From an uncultured Clostridiaceae bacterium (GTDB taxonomy: Bacteria > Bacillota > Clostridia > Ch29): DNA of 64,000 bases. Below, piece after piece: positions 40,108-49,660 of this stretch. The stretch spans positions 514-64,513 of the forward strand of contig CAZDSH010000001.1 of NCBI GenBank assembly GCA_964508195.1, given 5' to 3'. A program made the position numbers and the translations under genes. Position 1 is the first letter of the stretch. The number at the start of each line of letters is the position of its first letter. The notes under the pieces were generated by a model, which saw nothing but the letters and a program-made list of their open reading frames with translations, was not told where the DNA came from and made no database searches.

Positions 40108-40884
40108 CTATCTGAACCCTGTAACCAGGGACTGTACGATTAAATTCCATCCGTCTACCATTATAAAAAGTAATATTTTAAAGGGTAGCGATACCATAAT
40201 AGGGGGTAACATCATCATCCCCATGGACATAAGAGTGCTTGCTACGACCATGTCTATCACTAAAAAGGGTACGAATAACATAAAACCCATCTGGAAAGCG
40301 GTCTTTAACTCACTAATGACGAAGGCCGGTATAAGAACGCTGTTTTGTACTTCACCTAGGTCGTCTATACTCCCCCGGGCGTCGGAGAGGTTCAAAAAAA
40401 GTGCCAGATCCTTTTGTCGCGTCTGCCTTAGCATAAAATTCCTAAGGGGTTGTGCAGCCCTTTCGACGGCCTCCTCGAAGCCTATTTCTTCCTCCATATA
40501 AGGCGCAAAGGCATTTTCGTTTATGTCCGCAATAACCGGAGACATTACAAACAATGTAAGGAATAAAGCGAGGCCTATAAGCACCTGATTAGGCGGCGTT
40601 TGTTGCGTCGCCAATGCATTCCGGATAAAGGATAACACTATAATTATCCTTGTAAAGCCGGTAGTCATAATGAGTATCGCCGGCGCAAGGCTCAAAACCG
40701 TAAGCAGAAACAATATTTGCAGGCTCAGTGCCACATCCTCCGGCGTTTCCGCCGGTTGCATATCCAATCCGATCTTTGGTATAGGCATCTCCGGCGCGGC
40801 TAGGGCAATGCTATGTAACATTCCAAGGGCTATTAACGTGCATACCAATACTATAGATATTCTTTTAATCATCTGTCCCATCAC
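40108..40884 (-). CDS. fliP: flagellar export apparatus protein FliP
   Basis: 258 aa with a signal-like N-terminus and the conserved TGFTRIIIVLSFIRNALATQQTPPNQVLIGLALFLT. Confidence 0.95.
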   Translation of the reverse strand: MMGQMIKRISIVLVCTLIALGMLHSIALAAPEMPIPKIGLDMQPAETPEDVALSLQILFLLTVLSLAPAILIMTTGFTRIIIVLSFIRNALATQQTPPNQVLIGLALFLTLFVMSPVIADINENAFAPYMEEEIGFEEAVERAAQPLRNFMLRQTRQKDLALFLNLSDARGSIDDLGEVQNSVLIPAFVISELKTAFQMGFMLFVPFLVIDMVVASTLMSMGMMMLPPIMVSLPFKILLFIMVDGWNLIVQSLVTGFR

Positions 40885-41254
40885 CGCCGTGTCTTGGTCT
40901 ACGAAACAGCCCGAATAATCCCGATCCCTTAGATTTATGTACCCCGTAATCCCTTAGATAATCCTTAAGGGTGTCCTCTGTTCCAAGATCCTCTTTAAAC
41001 CCGTCTAATTCCTTTATAAGCTCTATATTATTATTAGAACAGGATAACAACAAGTACGCATCTTCAACCTTTATAATTATAAGGCTTTTATCGCCACCTA
41101 TATGGAGGCTATCTATTACACGCATGTACCTCCCGGCATTAACCGCAACCCTTTTGCCCAGGACCCTCGTAGTGTAGTAGGCCAGAAGCACTATTATTCC
41201 GAATACTATTACAAAGTACAGCACCTTCAAAAGTATTGAGACTAAACCGCTCAT
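40865..41254 (-). CDS. fliO: flagellar biosynthesis protein FliO/FliZ
   Basis: 129 aa with a single N-terminal TM, located directly upstream of fliP (RVIDSLHIGGDKSLIIIKV). Confidence 0.7.
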   Translation of the reverse strand: MSGLVSILLKVLYFVIVFGIIVLLAYYTTRVLGKRVAVNAGRYMRVIDSLHIGGDKSLIIIKVEDAYLLLSCSNNNIELIKELDGFKEDLGTEDTLKDYLRDYGVHKSKGSGLFGLFRRPRHGGDGTDD

Positions 41255-41269
41255 TTGCGCACCGCCCTG

Positions 41270-41629
41270 TTATATTACCTTATTAACCGCCTCCAACACC
41301 CTCTCAGGTTGGAAGGGTTTTACTATAAAATCTTTAGCCCCCGCTTGTATAGCCTCTATTACCATGGCCTGTTGTCCCATAGCCGAACATATTACTATAG
41401 TTGCATCGGCATCCTCGGCTACTATCTTCTTAACGGCTTCTATTCCATCCATCTCCGGCATAATGATGTCCATTATAACGAGATCCGGTTCTAATTCTGC
41501 ATACTTTTCCACGGCCTTTACCCCATTTTCCGCCTCGCCTACTATTTCAAATCCGTTTTTGCCTAATATATCCTTTATCATCATCCTCATAAAAGCGGCA
41601 TCATCGACTATCAATACTCGTTTAGCCAT
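41270..41629 (-). CDS. cheY: chemotaxis response regulator CheY
   Basis: 119 aa stand-alone receiver domain with VLIVDDAAFMR, the phospho-Asp context VIMDIIMPEMDG, and FIVKPF. Confidence 0.93.
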   Translation of the reverse strand: MAKRVLIVDDAAFMRMMIKDILGKNGFEIVGEAENGVKAVEKYAELEPDLVIMDIIMPEMDGIEAVKKIVAEDADATIVICSAMGQQAMVIEAIQAGAKDFIVKPFQPERVLEAVNKVI

Positions 41630-41645
41630 ACAATACTCCCCCCCT

Positions 41646-42767
41646 TTAACGGTTACTTGAAATACTATCTATTCTTTTTGCCGGATGGACTATATCTGTG
41701 ATCCTAACACCAAAATTTTCGTCTATTACGACTACTTCCCCCTTTGCAATAAATTTCCCGTTTACGAGAAGCTCCACTGGTTCCCCTGCCAGTTTATCGA
41801 GTTCGACTATAGTGTCTACGCCGAACTCCAGTATCTCCCTTATCTGTTTTTTTGTCCTTCCTAGCTCCACAGTCACGTTTAAGGGTACATCTAATATCAA
41901 ATCAATATTTTCCTTTTCAGTATGTACGGGCGTATCATCAAAATTTTTAAGGCTTACGGGTTGTATTTTAACCGGTTGCTTATTGATGGCCTCTTTCACC
42001 GGTTCGGGCTCCTGTTCTGCTATTTCTTCCCGGATGTTCCCGAGGACGCTCTCAATCTCCTGTAGGTCCTCGTCTATAGAATATTCCTCCTCCTCGGCAC
42101 CTTTGTTCATAAGGCTTCTTACCATTGATTTAGAGAACTGTATCGGAAGCAGTTGCATTATTTCGCTATCGATCAACTCCCCTACTACCATTTTAAAGGA
42201 TACTCGCACGAATTGTTTGTTCTGTCTAAAGAATTCAATATCCTTATAATCCTCGCCCAAATCCACTACAATGGATTCCGGAGGGGATATGCTAATCGGT
42301 TTATCCAGCATAGTGGACAGGGATGTAGAGGCGGAACCGATCATCTGGTTCATAGCTTCACTTACCGCGCTTACTGTTAGCTCGTTCATGTCCTCCGCCG
42401 GGTTAGTACCGTCACCTCCCATCATCAGGTCGGCGATTATACTTGCATCGCTTTCCTTTAACAATAAAAGGTTCGTACCCTCAATGCCATCGGTGTACCA
42501 AATATTTACGGCTAAAAAGGGTATAGGATAATCCGAAGCGATTTGATCGATGTCCACTATTTCCACCGTTGGTGTCGTAATCGTTACTTTATTCCCTAAA
42601 AGTGCGAACAAAGTAGTAGCCGAAGTACCCATACTGATGTTTCCTATTTCGCCTAGGGCGTCCTTCTCCTCCGGTGTTAAAACTTCGGATTCCTGCCCTT
42701 CATCTGCGGTTTTCCCTAACAAATTATCAATTTCCTCCCTGGAGAGCATCTCATCCATTTTATACAT
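41646..42767 (-). CDS. fliY: flagellar motor switch phosphatase FliY (CheC-like plus FliN domain)
   Basis: N-terminal CheY-P docking motif LSREEIDNLL, a CheC-like middle region, and a C-terminal SpoA/FliN domain (VELGRTKKQIREILEFGVDTIVELDKLAGEPVELLVNGKFIAKGEVVV). Confidence 0.92.
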   Translation of the reverse strand: MYKMDEMLSREEIDNLLGKTADEGQESEVLTPEEKDALGEIGNISMGTSATTLFALLGNKVTITTPTVEIVDIDQIASDYPIPFLAVNIWYTDGIEGTNLLLLKESDASIIADLMMGGDGTNPAEDMNELTVSAVSEAMNQMIGSASTSLSTMLDKPISISPPESIVVDLGEDYKDIEFFRQNKQFVRVSFKMVVGELIDSEIMQLLPIQFSKSMVRSLMNKGAEEEEYSIDEDLQEIESVLGNIREEIAEQEPEPVKEAINKQPVKIQPVSLKNFDDTPVHTEKENIDLILDVPLNVTVELGRTKKQIREILEFGVDTIVELDKLAGEPVELLVNGKFIAKGEVVVIDENFGVRITDIVHPAKRIDSISSNR

Positions 42768-43746
42768 CTCCCCTCCTCATAATGTCTACAATCTTAACTG
42801 CAACTTTGTTTTTTTTCAAGCCCGGTTTAACACCGAATACCAGCTTATTGTCCACGTACATGTCCAGGGGCTGTTCGCAAGTTTTACCTAAACGCAATAC
42901 GTCCCCTCGCTGTAGTTGACTAAACTCGCCTATGGTTAAAGAGCACTCCCCAAGGACAACCCTTAGGAGAACACTGGCCCTTTCTATTCGTTTTTCTAAG
43001 AGATCCGCATCCCCCTCACCCTGTTTATCGCTAGAGGCCGTGAACCAGAACCTAGTGGATATCTTGTCCACTATAGGCTCTACCGTAAGATGGGGAACGG
43101 CGATATTGACCATCCCTTCGGTATCGCCTATTTTAACCCGCATAGTTATAAGGGCTATTATCTCGTTAGGCGACATGATCTGCACGAATTGGGAGTTTGT
43201 TTCGAGTTTCGTAATCCTAGGCGACAGCTCAATTACGTTTTCCCAGGGTTCTTCTAACAAAGCCACTATTTTATCTAAAAGGTTTCGCATTATGCTCTCT
43301 TCGATCTCCGTTAAATTACGTGCTTTCACCTCGCCGACGCCATAGCCCCCTAAAACCCTGTCTATTATGAAATAAGTAAGGGTGGGATTTATTTCAAATA
43401 TTATATTTCCCGATAGGGGTTTAACGTCGCATAGAGCCAATAAAGTTGGATTGGATAAAGAATTAGTAAATTCGTAATAAGTAAGCTGTTCCACGGTCAT
43501 AAGCTCTACCGTTACATAACTCCTTAGATACCCCGATAGGAACGTCGATACTAACCTTGCATAATTCTCGTGGATCATCTCGAGAGTCCTTAGCTGATCC
43601 TTTGCAAACTTATCCGGCCGCCTAAAATCATAGACCCTTATTTTTTTTTCTGTCTTTTCCTGCACTACTTCCTCCGCATCCAGCTCCCCTGTGCTCAGGG
43701 CCTTTAAAAGGTTATCAATTTCTGATTGGGTAAGAACGTCAGCCAT
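42760..43746 (-). CDS. fliM: flagellar motor switch protein FliM
   Basis: 328 aa with N-terminal LTQSEIDNLL, the FliM middle domain, and a C-terminal SpoA domain. Confidence 0.94.
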   Translation of the reverse strand: MADVLTQSEIDNLLKALSTGELDAEEVVQEKTEKKIRVYDFRRPDKFAKDQLRTLEMIHENYARLVSTFLSGYLRSYVTVELMTVEQLTYYEFTNSLSNPTLLALCDVKPLSGNIIFEINPTLTYFIIDRVLGGYGVGEVKARNLTEIEESIMRNLLDKIVALLEEPWENVIELSPRITKLETNSQFVQIMSPNEIIALITMRVKIGDTEGMVNIAVPHLTVEPIVDKISTRFWFTASSDKQGEGDADLLEKRIERASVLLRVVLGECSLTIGEFSQLQRGDVLRLGKTCEQPLDMYVDNKLVFGVKPGLKKNKVAVKIVDIMRRGDV

Positions 43747-43760
43747 TACTTCCCCCCCCT

Positions 43761-44195
43761 CTAATGTACAACTATATCGTCTATATATATATTAATAATA
43801 CTGGTATCGCCGTACAGGGACCTATAACAGTTTAGTATCTCCCTCTCTAGTGCCTTCTTTCCCGCGGTGCCCTCTGTATCCTCTACGGTTTTGTCCCTGA
43901 GTATGTCCAGTACCTTGCTTCGTGCTTCGGGCTTTCTTTGTTCCATTTTGTATAATAGTTCCTTATCCTCCCGTACCTCCGCTTGGAAGTCCAGGGATAT
44001 AATGCTCCTCGTTCCCTTAAGATTCGTCTGGTACTTATTTCCCTCGGGCACTATTATAGTCTTAAATTCGCCGGCGGTTTCAGCATTCACCCCGATCGGG
44101 GTTCCGTTACCTACTATCATAAGAACAGCTACGGCTACTAGTACCCCCGTTAATACAATTGATAATACTATAACAAAAAGAGTTTTCCCCTTCAT
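43761..44195 (-). CDS. fliL: flagellar basal body-associated protein FliL
   Basis: 144 aa with a single TM, in the conserved position before fliM. Confidence 0.85.
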   Translation of the reverse strand: MKGKTLFVIVLSIVLTGVLVAVAVLMIVGNGTPIGVNAETAGEFKTIIVPEGNKYQTNLKGTRSIISLDFQAEVREDKELLYKMEQRKPEARSKVLDILRDKTVEDTEGTAGKKALEREILNCYRSLYGDTSIINIYIDDIVVH

Positions 44196-44959
44196 AGCGC
44201 CACCTCATTATAATTAGGTTCGTTTAACTCAAAACTACTTCTTAGTATAACAACATCCACCCTTCGGTTCATCTGCCGGTTCTCCGCCGTATCGTTATCA
44301 ATTATGGGATGGTATTCGCCGTAGCCCGCTGCAGACAATCTAACGGGCGGAATCCCTACGTTCTCCACAAAAAACTTTACTACGTTGACGGCCCTAGCGG
44401 TGGACAGCTCCCAGTTAGAGGGATACATAGGCGTGTTCATGGGCACATTGTCCGTATGCCCTTCTACCCTTATGGAACGTTCATTTTGCTTTAATATCTC
44501 GCCGATGCTTTGTACTATTATCTCCGCATCCTCCCTTATAAAGGCCTTACCGGAATCGAATAAAACCTGGTCCTTAAACCTTATTAAAAGGCCCCTTTCC
44601 TCGACGCCCAGCACTATCGTCGCCTCAAGGCCGCTTTCCTTTATGTAATCGCCAAGTTGTTCTATAAGCCATTCCATGCTATCGGTGTCCCGGGGATCTT
44701 TAAATAACAGGTCGCTTTGTAAGGCCTGGCTAATGTGATAGTCTTCGTCTATGGTTTTTCCGCTATCCAGGATGCCTAAAGACCCCTGGAAGGACATTAT
44801 AATCATTTCGAATTTCTTCGCATCTATGACGGAAAATGAAAATAACAAAACGAATAGACAAAGGAGCAATGTCACAAGATCGCTGTATGTGGTCATCCAG
44901 GTATTATCGTTCGATTCGTTTTTTGCCTTATTCGGTCGCTCCCGCATAGGCCTCTTCAC
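44192..44959 (-). CDS. motB: flagellar stator protein MotB
   Basis: TM segment with the conserved Asp (WMTTYSDLVTLLL) and a C-terminal OmpA-like PG-binding domain (GHTDN...NRRVDVVIL). Confidence 0.93.
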   Translation of the reverse strand: MKRPMRERPNKAKNESNDNTWMTTYSDLVTLLLCLFVLLFSFSVIDAKKFEMIIMSFQGSLGILDSGKTIDEDYHISQALQSDLLFKDPRDTDSMEWLIEQLGDYIKESGLEATIVLGVEERGLLIRFKDQVLFDSGKAFIREDAEIIVQSIGEILKQNERSIRVEGHTDNVPMNTPMYPSNWELSTARAVNVVKFFVENVGIPPVRLSAAGYGEYHPIIDNDTAENRQMNRRVDVVILRSSFELNEPNYNEVAL

Positions 44960-45746
44960 CGCTTTCTTTCTCCTTAGCCTCCTTAGCCTTTTGCCTTAGC
45001 TTAGGTGATAGGAAGGCAATGAGTTTTTCTTCTATAATCCTCGGATTTTCGCCGGCTTGGATCGATAACATGCCCTCAATTAAAATCTCTTTGAGCAATA
45101 TTTCCTCGCCGCTTCGCACTTTAAGTTTCCGTGCCATGGGCAAAAAGAATAGATATGCGAGGATCGCACCGTAGAACGTAGTGATCAGTGCTACGGCCAT
45201 ATTAGGTCCCACGGAGGACGGGTCCTCCAGGGTCTTTAGCATATTAATGAGCCCTATAAGGGTCCCTATCATGCCGAAGGCCGGCGATAGCGCCCCTAGG
45301 GTTTCAAAAAGGCTTTGACCGGTGCTGTGCCTTTCTTCAATGAAATATAGCTCCGTCTCCAATATATTCCGCACAAGTTCCGGATCAGTACCGTCCACTA
45401 TGAGAAGTATACCCTTTTTTAGGAAGTCATCATTAAGCTCCATGATCGCTTCTTCTAGGGCCAGAAGGCCTTCCCTTCGAGCTACGTTGGCCAGCTCGAT
45501 TATTCTGTCAATAGCCTGGTCTGCGTCTAAATCCTTACCGAAGAATATATGCCTTACGCTGCGTAGCGTATCTAATAGCTTTGGCATTGGGAAACTTATT
45601 AAAGTAGCTGCGATGGTACCTCCTACGGTTATCATTATTGATGCGCTATCATAATAGGACCCTAAAGAACCCTTCGTCATGATCCCTATTATCAGGAAAG
45701 CAACCCCTAGTATGATCCCCATAAAGGTTGAAATATCCATAGCCAC
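44928..45746 (-). CDS. motA: flagellar stator protein MotA
   Basis: 272 aa, MotA/TolQ/ExbB channel family (PAFGMIGTLIGLI...ALITTFYGAILAYLFFLP). Confidence 0.93.
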   Translation of the reverse strand: MAMDISTFMGIILGVAFLIIGIMTKGSLGSYYDSASIMITVGGTIAATLISFPMPKLLDTLRSVRHIFFGKDLDADQAIDRIIELANVARREGLLALEEAIMELNDDFLKKGILLIVDGTDPELVRNILETELYFIEERHSTGQSLFETLGALSPAFGMIGTLIGLINMLKTLEDPSSVGPNMAVALITTFYGAILAYLFFLPMARKLKVRSGEEILLKEILIEGMLSIQAGENPRIIEEKLIAFLSPKLRQKAKEAKEKESGEEAYAGATE

Positions 45747-45763
45747 ACCTCTTTTCCTATTGT

Positions 45764-45949
45764 CTAAAACCTGTTGGTTTTCTGTTTGTATTCGATGACT
45801 TTATCTATTAACTGTTCTATACTTTCCTGTACCACTACCTTTTTGCCGGATATAAGGGAGATAACCGTATCCGGCGTCTCCTCGGCAAATTCGATCTGCT
45901 CGGCGTTTATTACGAATTCTTTACCCTTTAACCGCGTAACCTTTATCAT
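45764..45949 (-). CDS. flbD: flagellar protein FlbD (SwrD-like)
   Basis: 61 aa: MIKVTRLKGKEFVINAEQIEFAEETPDTVISLISGKKVVVQESIEQ, the typical FlbD sequence. Confidence 0.88.
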   Translation of the reverse strand: MIKVTRLKGKEFVINAEQIEFAEETPDTVISLISGKKVVVQESIEQLIDKVIEYKQKTNRF

Positions 45950-45963
45950 TTTTATTCAATCCT

Positions 45964-46018
45964 CCCCGCCCCTCTTTTTAGCGGGGGCAATGGATCCCTA
46001 AGGGCCATAACCCCCGCC
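45964..46018 (-). promoter_or_regulatory. GC-rich tripartite stem-loop element between flgE and flbD (alternative pairings A:B or B:C)
   Basis: Minus-strand RNA reads GGCGGGGG-UU-AUGG-CCCUUAGGG-AU-CCAU-U-GCCCCCGC-UAAAAAGAGGG-GCGGGGAGGA. Segment B (CCCCCGC) is complementary both to A (GCGGGGG) and to C (GCGGGG). Segment C overlaps the flbD SD. Confidence 0.5.
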
Positions 46019-46026
46019 GTACTTCG

Positions 46027-47265
46027 TTATCTCTTAAGATTTACAAGCTCTTGGAGCATCTCGTCGGAGGTGGTTATTATCCTCGAATTTGCCTGGAAAC
46101 CCCTTTGGGTTATTATCATGTCTGTAAACTCCTTAGAGATATCCACATTAGACATCTCCAGGGATGTGGGGTTAATGGTACCTCGGCCACGGTCCCCGGC
46201 CCTGCCGACGGACGGTTGACCGGAGTTCGGCGTTTGGACAAACAAATTATTGCCCACCTTCTGAAGTCCCGAGGGATTGTTAAAGGAAGCAAGGGCAATC
46301 CTCCCTAGGGTCTTTTGTTTGCCGTTTGTAAACACGCCGGTGGCTACCCCCGAGGCGTCGAAGTTAAAGGTTTCTAGGCTGCCCAGGGCATAGCCGTCCA
46401 CCTCTAGGGGGTCTACGCCGGATTCCGAGGCGAACTGTCGTATACCGGATATGTCTATGGTTATATCCTCGGGTACTGTATCATCATCGGCGGGGATAGT
46501 AAAGGATGTAATAGAAGTCTCATCAAGCCTTCCGTTTTCGAAGACTATATCGCCATCAGGATCTATATCTATATCTTCCACGGTACCACCGTTGGGTAGC
46601 GTGATCTTAACCTTTGATATTTCCCATTTGTCACCGTCCGTTTTTTTAAACTCGAATGTCAGCTTATTCTTTCTACCTAGTTCGTCGTATATCTCCGTTT
46701 CAAAGGGAACACTGCCATCTTCATCCGTATCCGCATCGAGGTTTCCTATTATCTTTATAGCATTTGTGGCCTTAGGGGGCATCTGCATCCCCTCGGGTAT
46801 TTGCATCGTACTAGGGGATATAGTGGTATCCATATTGCCGTCCTCATCGGCCATCCAGCCTAACACCCTTAGGCCGTTACCGTTTACGATGTTGCCCTCG
46901 GTATCCCTAATGAAATTCCCCGCCCTTGTAAACTTAGGCGCCGTGCCATCGGATACGACGAAGAAACCATTCCCCTCTATAGCGAGGTCCAAGGGATAGC
47001 CCGTGGATTCTATGCTACCCCTTGTATGTAGCGTATCTATAGAGGCAAGGCTAATGCCTAGGCCTATCTGCTGCGGGTTCGTACCGCCTCTGCCGCCCTC
47101 CGGCGCTCCGGCACCCTTTAATGTTTCGCTAAATATCTCCTGAAACGTCGCCCGGGACGATTTATAACCTACGGTATTGACGTTTGATATATTGTTTCCT
47201 ATTACGTCCATCCTCGATTGGTGTGATCTCAGGCCAGAAACCCCTGAGAACAATGAACGCATCAT
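46027..47265 (-). CDS. flgE: flagellar hook protein FlgE
   Basis: N-terminal rod/hook motif SLFSGVSGLRSHQSRMDVIGNNISNVNTVGYK and C-terminal MSNVDISKEFTDMIITQRGFQANSRIITTSDEMLQELVNLKR. Confidence 0.95.
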   Translation of the reverse strand: MMRSLFSGVSGLRSHQSRMDVIGNNISNVNTVGYKSSRATFQEIFSETLKGAGAPEGGRGGTNPQQIGLGISLASIDTLHTRGSIESTGYPLDLAIEGNGFFVVSDGTAPKFTRAGNFIRDTEGNIVNGNGLRVLGWMADEDGNMDTTISPSTMQIPEGMQMPPKATNAIKIIGNLDADTDEDGSVPFETEIYDELGRKNKLTFEFKKTDGDKWEISKVKITLPNGGTVEDIDIDPDGDIVFENGRLDETSITSFTIPADDDTVPEDITIDISGIRQFASESGVDPLEVDGYALGSLETFNFDASGVATGVFTNGKQKTLGRIALASFNNPSGLQKVGNNLFVQTPNSGQPSVGRAGDRGRGTINPTSLEMSNVDISKEFTDMIITQRGFQANSRIITTSDEMLQELVNLKR

Positions 47266-47349
47266 AATACTTGACCTCCTTTATCATTGAAGCTGTAATG
47301 CTCTCCGTCTATCGTTCGGGAAAGCTGTGCCCCCTTTTTGAAGGTCCGG

Positions 47350-47739
47350 CTACACGATTACAGCTCCGTCTATATTCGTAAAAACCCTATCCCTTAGGGT
47401 ATCGCTTTTAGCTGCGGTAACCACCGTAGTGCTTTTAACGTTTACCACGAAGGCGGTATCGTCCATAAGCACGAGGGTATCCCGCACACCTTTTTGTCTT
47501 GCCCTTTCTACGGCCATACTAAGCCTTTGTACCTGTTCATTGTCCAGCCTTATATCCCGGGCCATCATCCGCACCCGGGCATGTTTCGATAGGGATATGC
47601 CCCTTTGGTCCTGTACCCTTTCGAGTACCCCTTGGAAGCTTTGCCCTGGCTTTGTACTCTGTTGAACCCGTTGTCCCCGGGGGCCGATCCGGTTTATATT
47701 TGATACTTTATTGTTGTTTATAGGTTTTATACCGTCCAT
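47350..47739 (-). CDS. flagellar operon protein (TIGR02530-like, between flgD and flgE)
   Basis: 129 aa with LSKHARVRMMARDIRLDNEQVQRL...TAFVVNVKSTTVVTA. Sequence pattern and position match the small conserved Firmicute/spirochaete flagellar operon protein, as I recall it. Confidence 0.6.
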   Translation of the reverse strand: MDGIKPINNNKVSNINRIGPRGQRVQQSTKPGQSFQGVLERVQDQRGISLSKHARVRMMARDIRLDNEQVQRLSMAVERARQKGVRDTLVLMDDTAFVVNVKSTTVVTAAKSDTLRDRVFTNIDGAVIV

Positions 47740-47773
47740 GGGTTTTGTTTCCCCCCTATTTGCCCGGATATTT

Positions 47774-48283
47774 TTATTTTACCACTTCGAACTGTACTAC
47801 TTCGTCCATATACAGGGTTTCTTCATTTATTTCCATCAATACCCTACCCTCTTTAAAGGATACCTTCTCCACTACGCCTTCGATGATCCGGTTATCCCCC
47901 GTCCTTTCAACAACAGCGGTGACCTCCTTACCTAGTAGGTTCATGGCCTGAAAGTTCTGCTGTACGATAAGGTTGTTGTTCATGCTGACAAGGGCCTGAA
48001 AGTTATCATAAAGCCCCGCATCTAGTGCCTGTATCATCTCTGTGAAACCCTCTTTGAAACCCGTGTTAAGGTTTTGCATCTGTTCAAGGCTGCTGAACTG
48101 TGCCATCTGAGCCAAGAACTCCTTATCGTTTACGGGGTTTAACGGATCCTGGTTCCTTAGCTGGTTTACTAATAGCTGTAAGAAGGCATCCTTGCCCATC
48201 GCGTCCTGTTCCAGTATTGCCGTGCTGTATCTATTGTTATAGTTACTCTCTGCCATTATAGCGTTTGTTTGCACCGTTTCCAC
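47774..48283 (-). CDS. flgD: flagellar hook capping/assembly protein FlgD
   Basis: N-terminal FlgD motif GKDAFLQLLVNQLRNQDPLNP, with a C-terminal beta domain. Confidence 0.92.
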   Translation of the reverse strand: METVQTNAIMAESNYNNRYSTAILEQDAMGKDAFLQLLVNQLRNQDPLNPVNDKEFLAQMAQFSSLEQMQNLNTGFKEGFTEMIQALDAGLYDNFQALVSMNNNLIVQQNFQAMNLLGKEVTAVVERTGDNRIIEGVVEKVSFKEGRVLMEINEETLYMDEVVQFEVVK

Positions 48284-48287
48284 CTCC

Positions 48288-49604
48288 CTAGGCTAATAAT
48301 TCGATAGTGCCTTCACCCCTTAGGAATATATAATCCTTTTTTTCATCTTCCTCCTCGTAGGAGCCAAGGTCCTGCCGTCCATGGAAGCCCTGCCTGAAGT
48401 TTTCGGTAAACTGTTGCTGGTTGTACCCGCCGCCCATATTTATATGGAATTTACCTAGGGCTATACCTTGCTGTTCCAGATTTTCCTGTAGCCTTTCGAT
48501 GTTTGCCCGTAAAAGATCCCGGGCTTCACTGTTTTGTACTATAACCCTGCCATTTAAAACGCCATCGGCTACGGTTAGGCTAACCCTGAGCCTGCCAAGG
48601 CTCTCCGGTTTTAGCTGTATGCTTATTTCCGTCATCTCCGGCTTTTCCCGGTTAAGTACTACCTTTACCCTCTCCGCGATCTCGTTTGCAATGTTAAAGC
48701 CTACTGTATCGGCATTACCCTTCGGGGTCTGCGCTCCATGGCTGTGGTGGGCTTCCCCGGCTTCTGTTACAGGTACCATCGGTGTATCCTTTCCAAGGCC
48801 CCTTGGCGTCCTATCCGCAACGGATTCAATCTTTGGCCCCCCGTCCCTTTGGGTTCTATTCACTATAGGATCGTTACGGCCGTTACTTGGCTTCAAAAAG
48901 CTTTCGCCCTCTTCCTTCGCAAACGGATGCTCCTTCGGCGTATCTTCTCCGATAACCCCTTCGTTATGGAACGCCCTTTTCGTGACGGGCTTTTCTCCGA
49001 AACTGTTTTGGGATACCTTTTCGTCTTCAACAGAGAAACCATAGTTTCCAGGGCCGTCGGTCCCGTCCCGTTGTGCTCTGTCTATCGGCCCCTTTACAAA
49101 ATCCGGTTCCCGTTCTTCCCCGGGGATACCTCCCTCCGATGGCGGGACATCCTCAGCGTCCTCCTTTGGATAGATAACCCCATGGGCTGTAATGGTCTCC
49201 TTTTTTAGTACATGATTGAACATCCCTCCGAGGGTCCGGGGCAGTATTATATCCCCGTCGTCAGTAAGACCCGTAATAGCCGAGGGGCCGAAGGGATTCA
49301 CATCCCCCATATCCTCGGGCTGTAATCCTGCGGCGTTTTCCCCCGGGACTATACCGATACCGCCGGCTGTCCAAAGGAGCACCCCTAGGCCGTTGTGTAA
49401 ACATCCTGTTTCGGATCCCGCTTTTTTTTCTTTTTCGGATACTTCGGCGTCACCCTTATCGTCATCGTCGGCTGTGCCTTCATCTATAAGCTCCCTTAAC
49501 ACATCCCGGAAATCGGTATCCGTGGCCTTTGTACACCGTCCCGAAGGTTTTGTTGATTCTGTCGGCATCGTCTCCATCACTGCTAAAATTTCCGTTGTTT
49601 GCAT
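48288..49604 (-). CDS. fliK: flagellar hook-length control protein FliK
   Basis: 438 aa with a disordered G/P/D/E-rich centre and a C-terminal Flg_hook-type domain (ISIQLKPESLGRLRVSLTVADGVLNGRVIVQNSEARDLLRANIERLQENLEQQG). Confidence 0.85.
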   Translation of the reverse strand: MQTTEILAVMETMPTESTKPSGRCTKATDTDFRDVLRELIDEGTADDDDKGDAEVSEKEKKAGSETGCLHNGLGVLLWTAGGIGIVPGENAAGLQPEDMGDVNPFGPSAITGLTDDGDIILPRTLGGMFNHVLKKETITAHGVIYPKEDAEDVPPSEGGIPGEEREPDFVKGPIDRAQRDGTDGPGNYGFSVEDEKVSQNSFGEKPVTKRAFHNEGVIGEDTPKEHPFAKEEGESFLKPSNGRNDPIVNRTQRDGGPKIESVADRTPRGLGKDTPMVPVTEAGEAHHSHGAQTPKGNADTVGFNIANEIAERVKVVLNREKPEMTEISIQLKPESLGRLRVSLTVADGVLNGRVIVQNSEARDLLRANIERLQENLEQQGIALGKFHINMGGGYNQQQFTENFRQGFHGRQDLGSYEEEDEKKDYIFLRGEGTIELLA

Positions 49605-49639
49605 ATATTCACCCCCCTTCTATTAATGGTTTATATACA

Positions 49640-49660
49640 GGGGTTTTATAGAAAAACCCC
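49640..49660 (-). repeat. intra-operon stem-loop upstream of fliK
   Basis: GGGGUUUU-UCUAU-AAAACCCC (8 bp perfect), 10 nt after the upstream stop. No U-tract follows. Confidence 0.5.
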
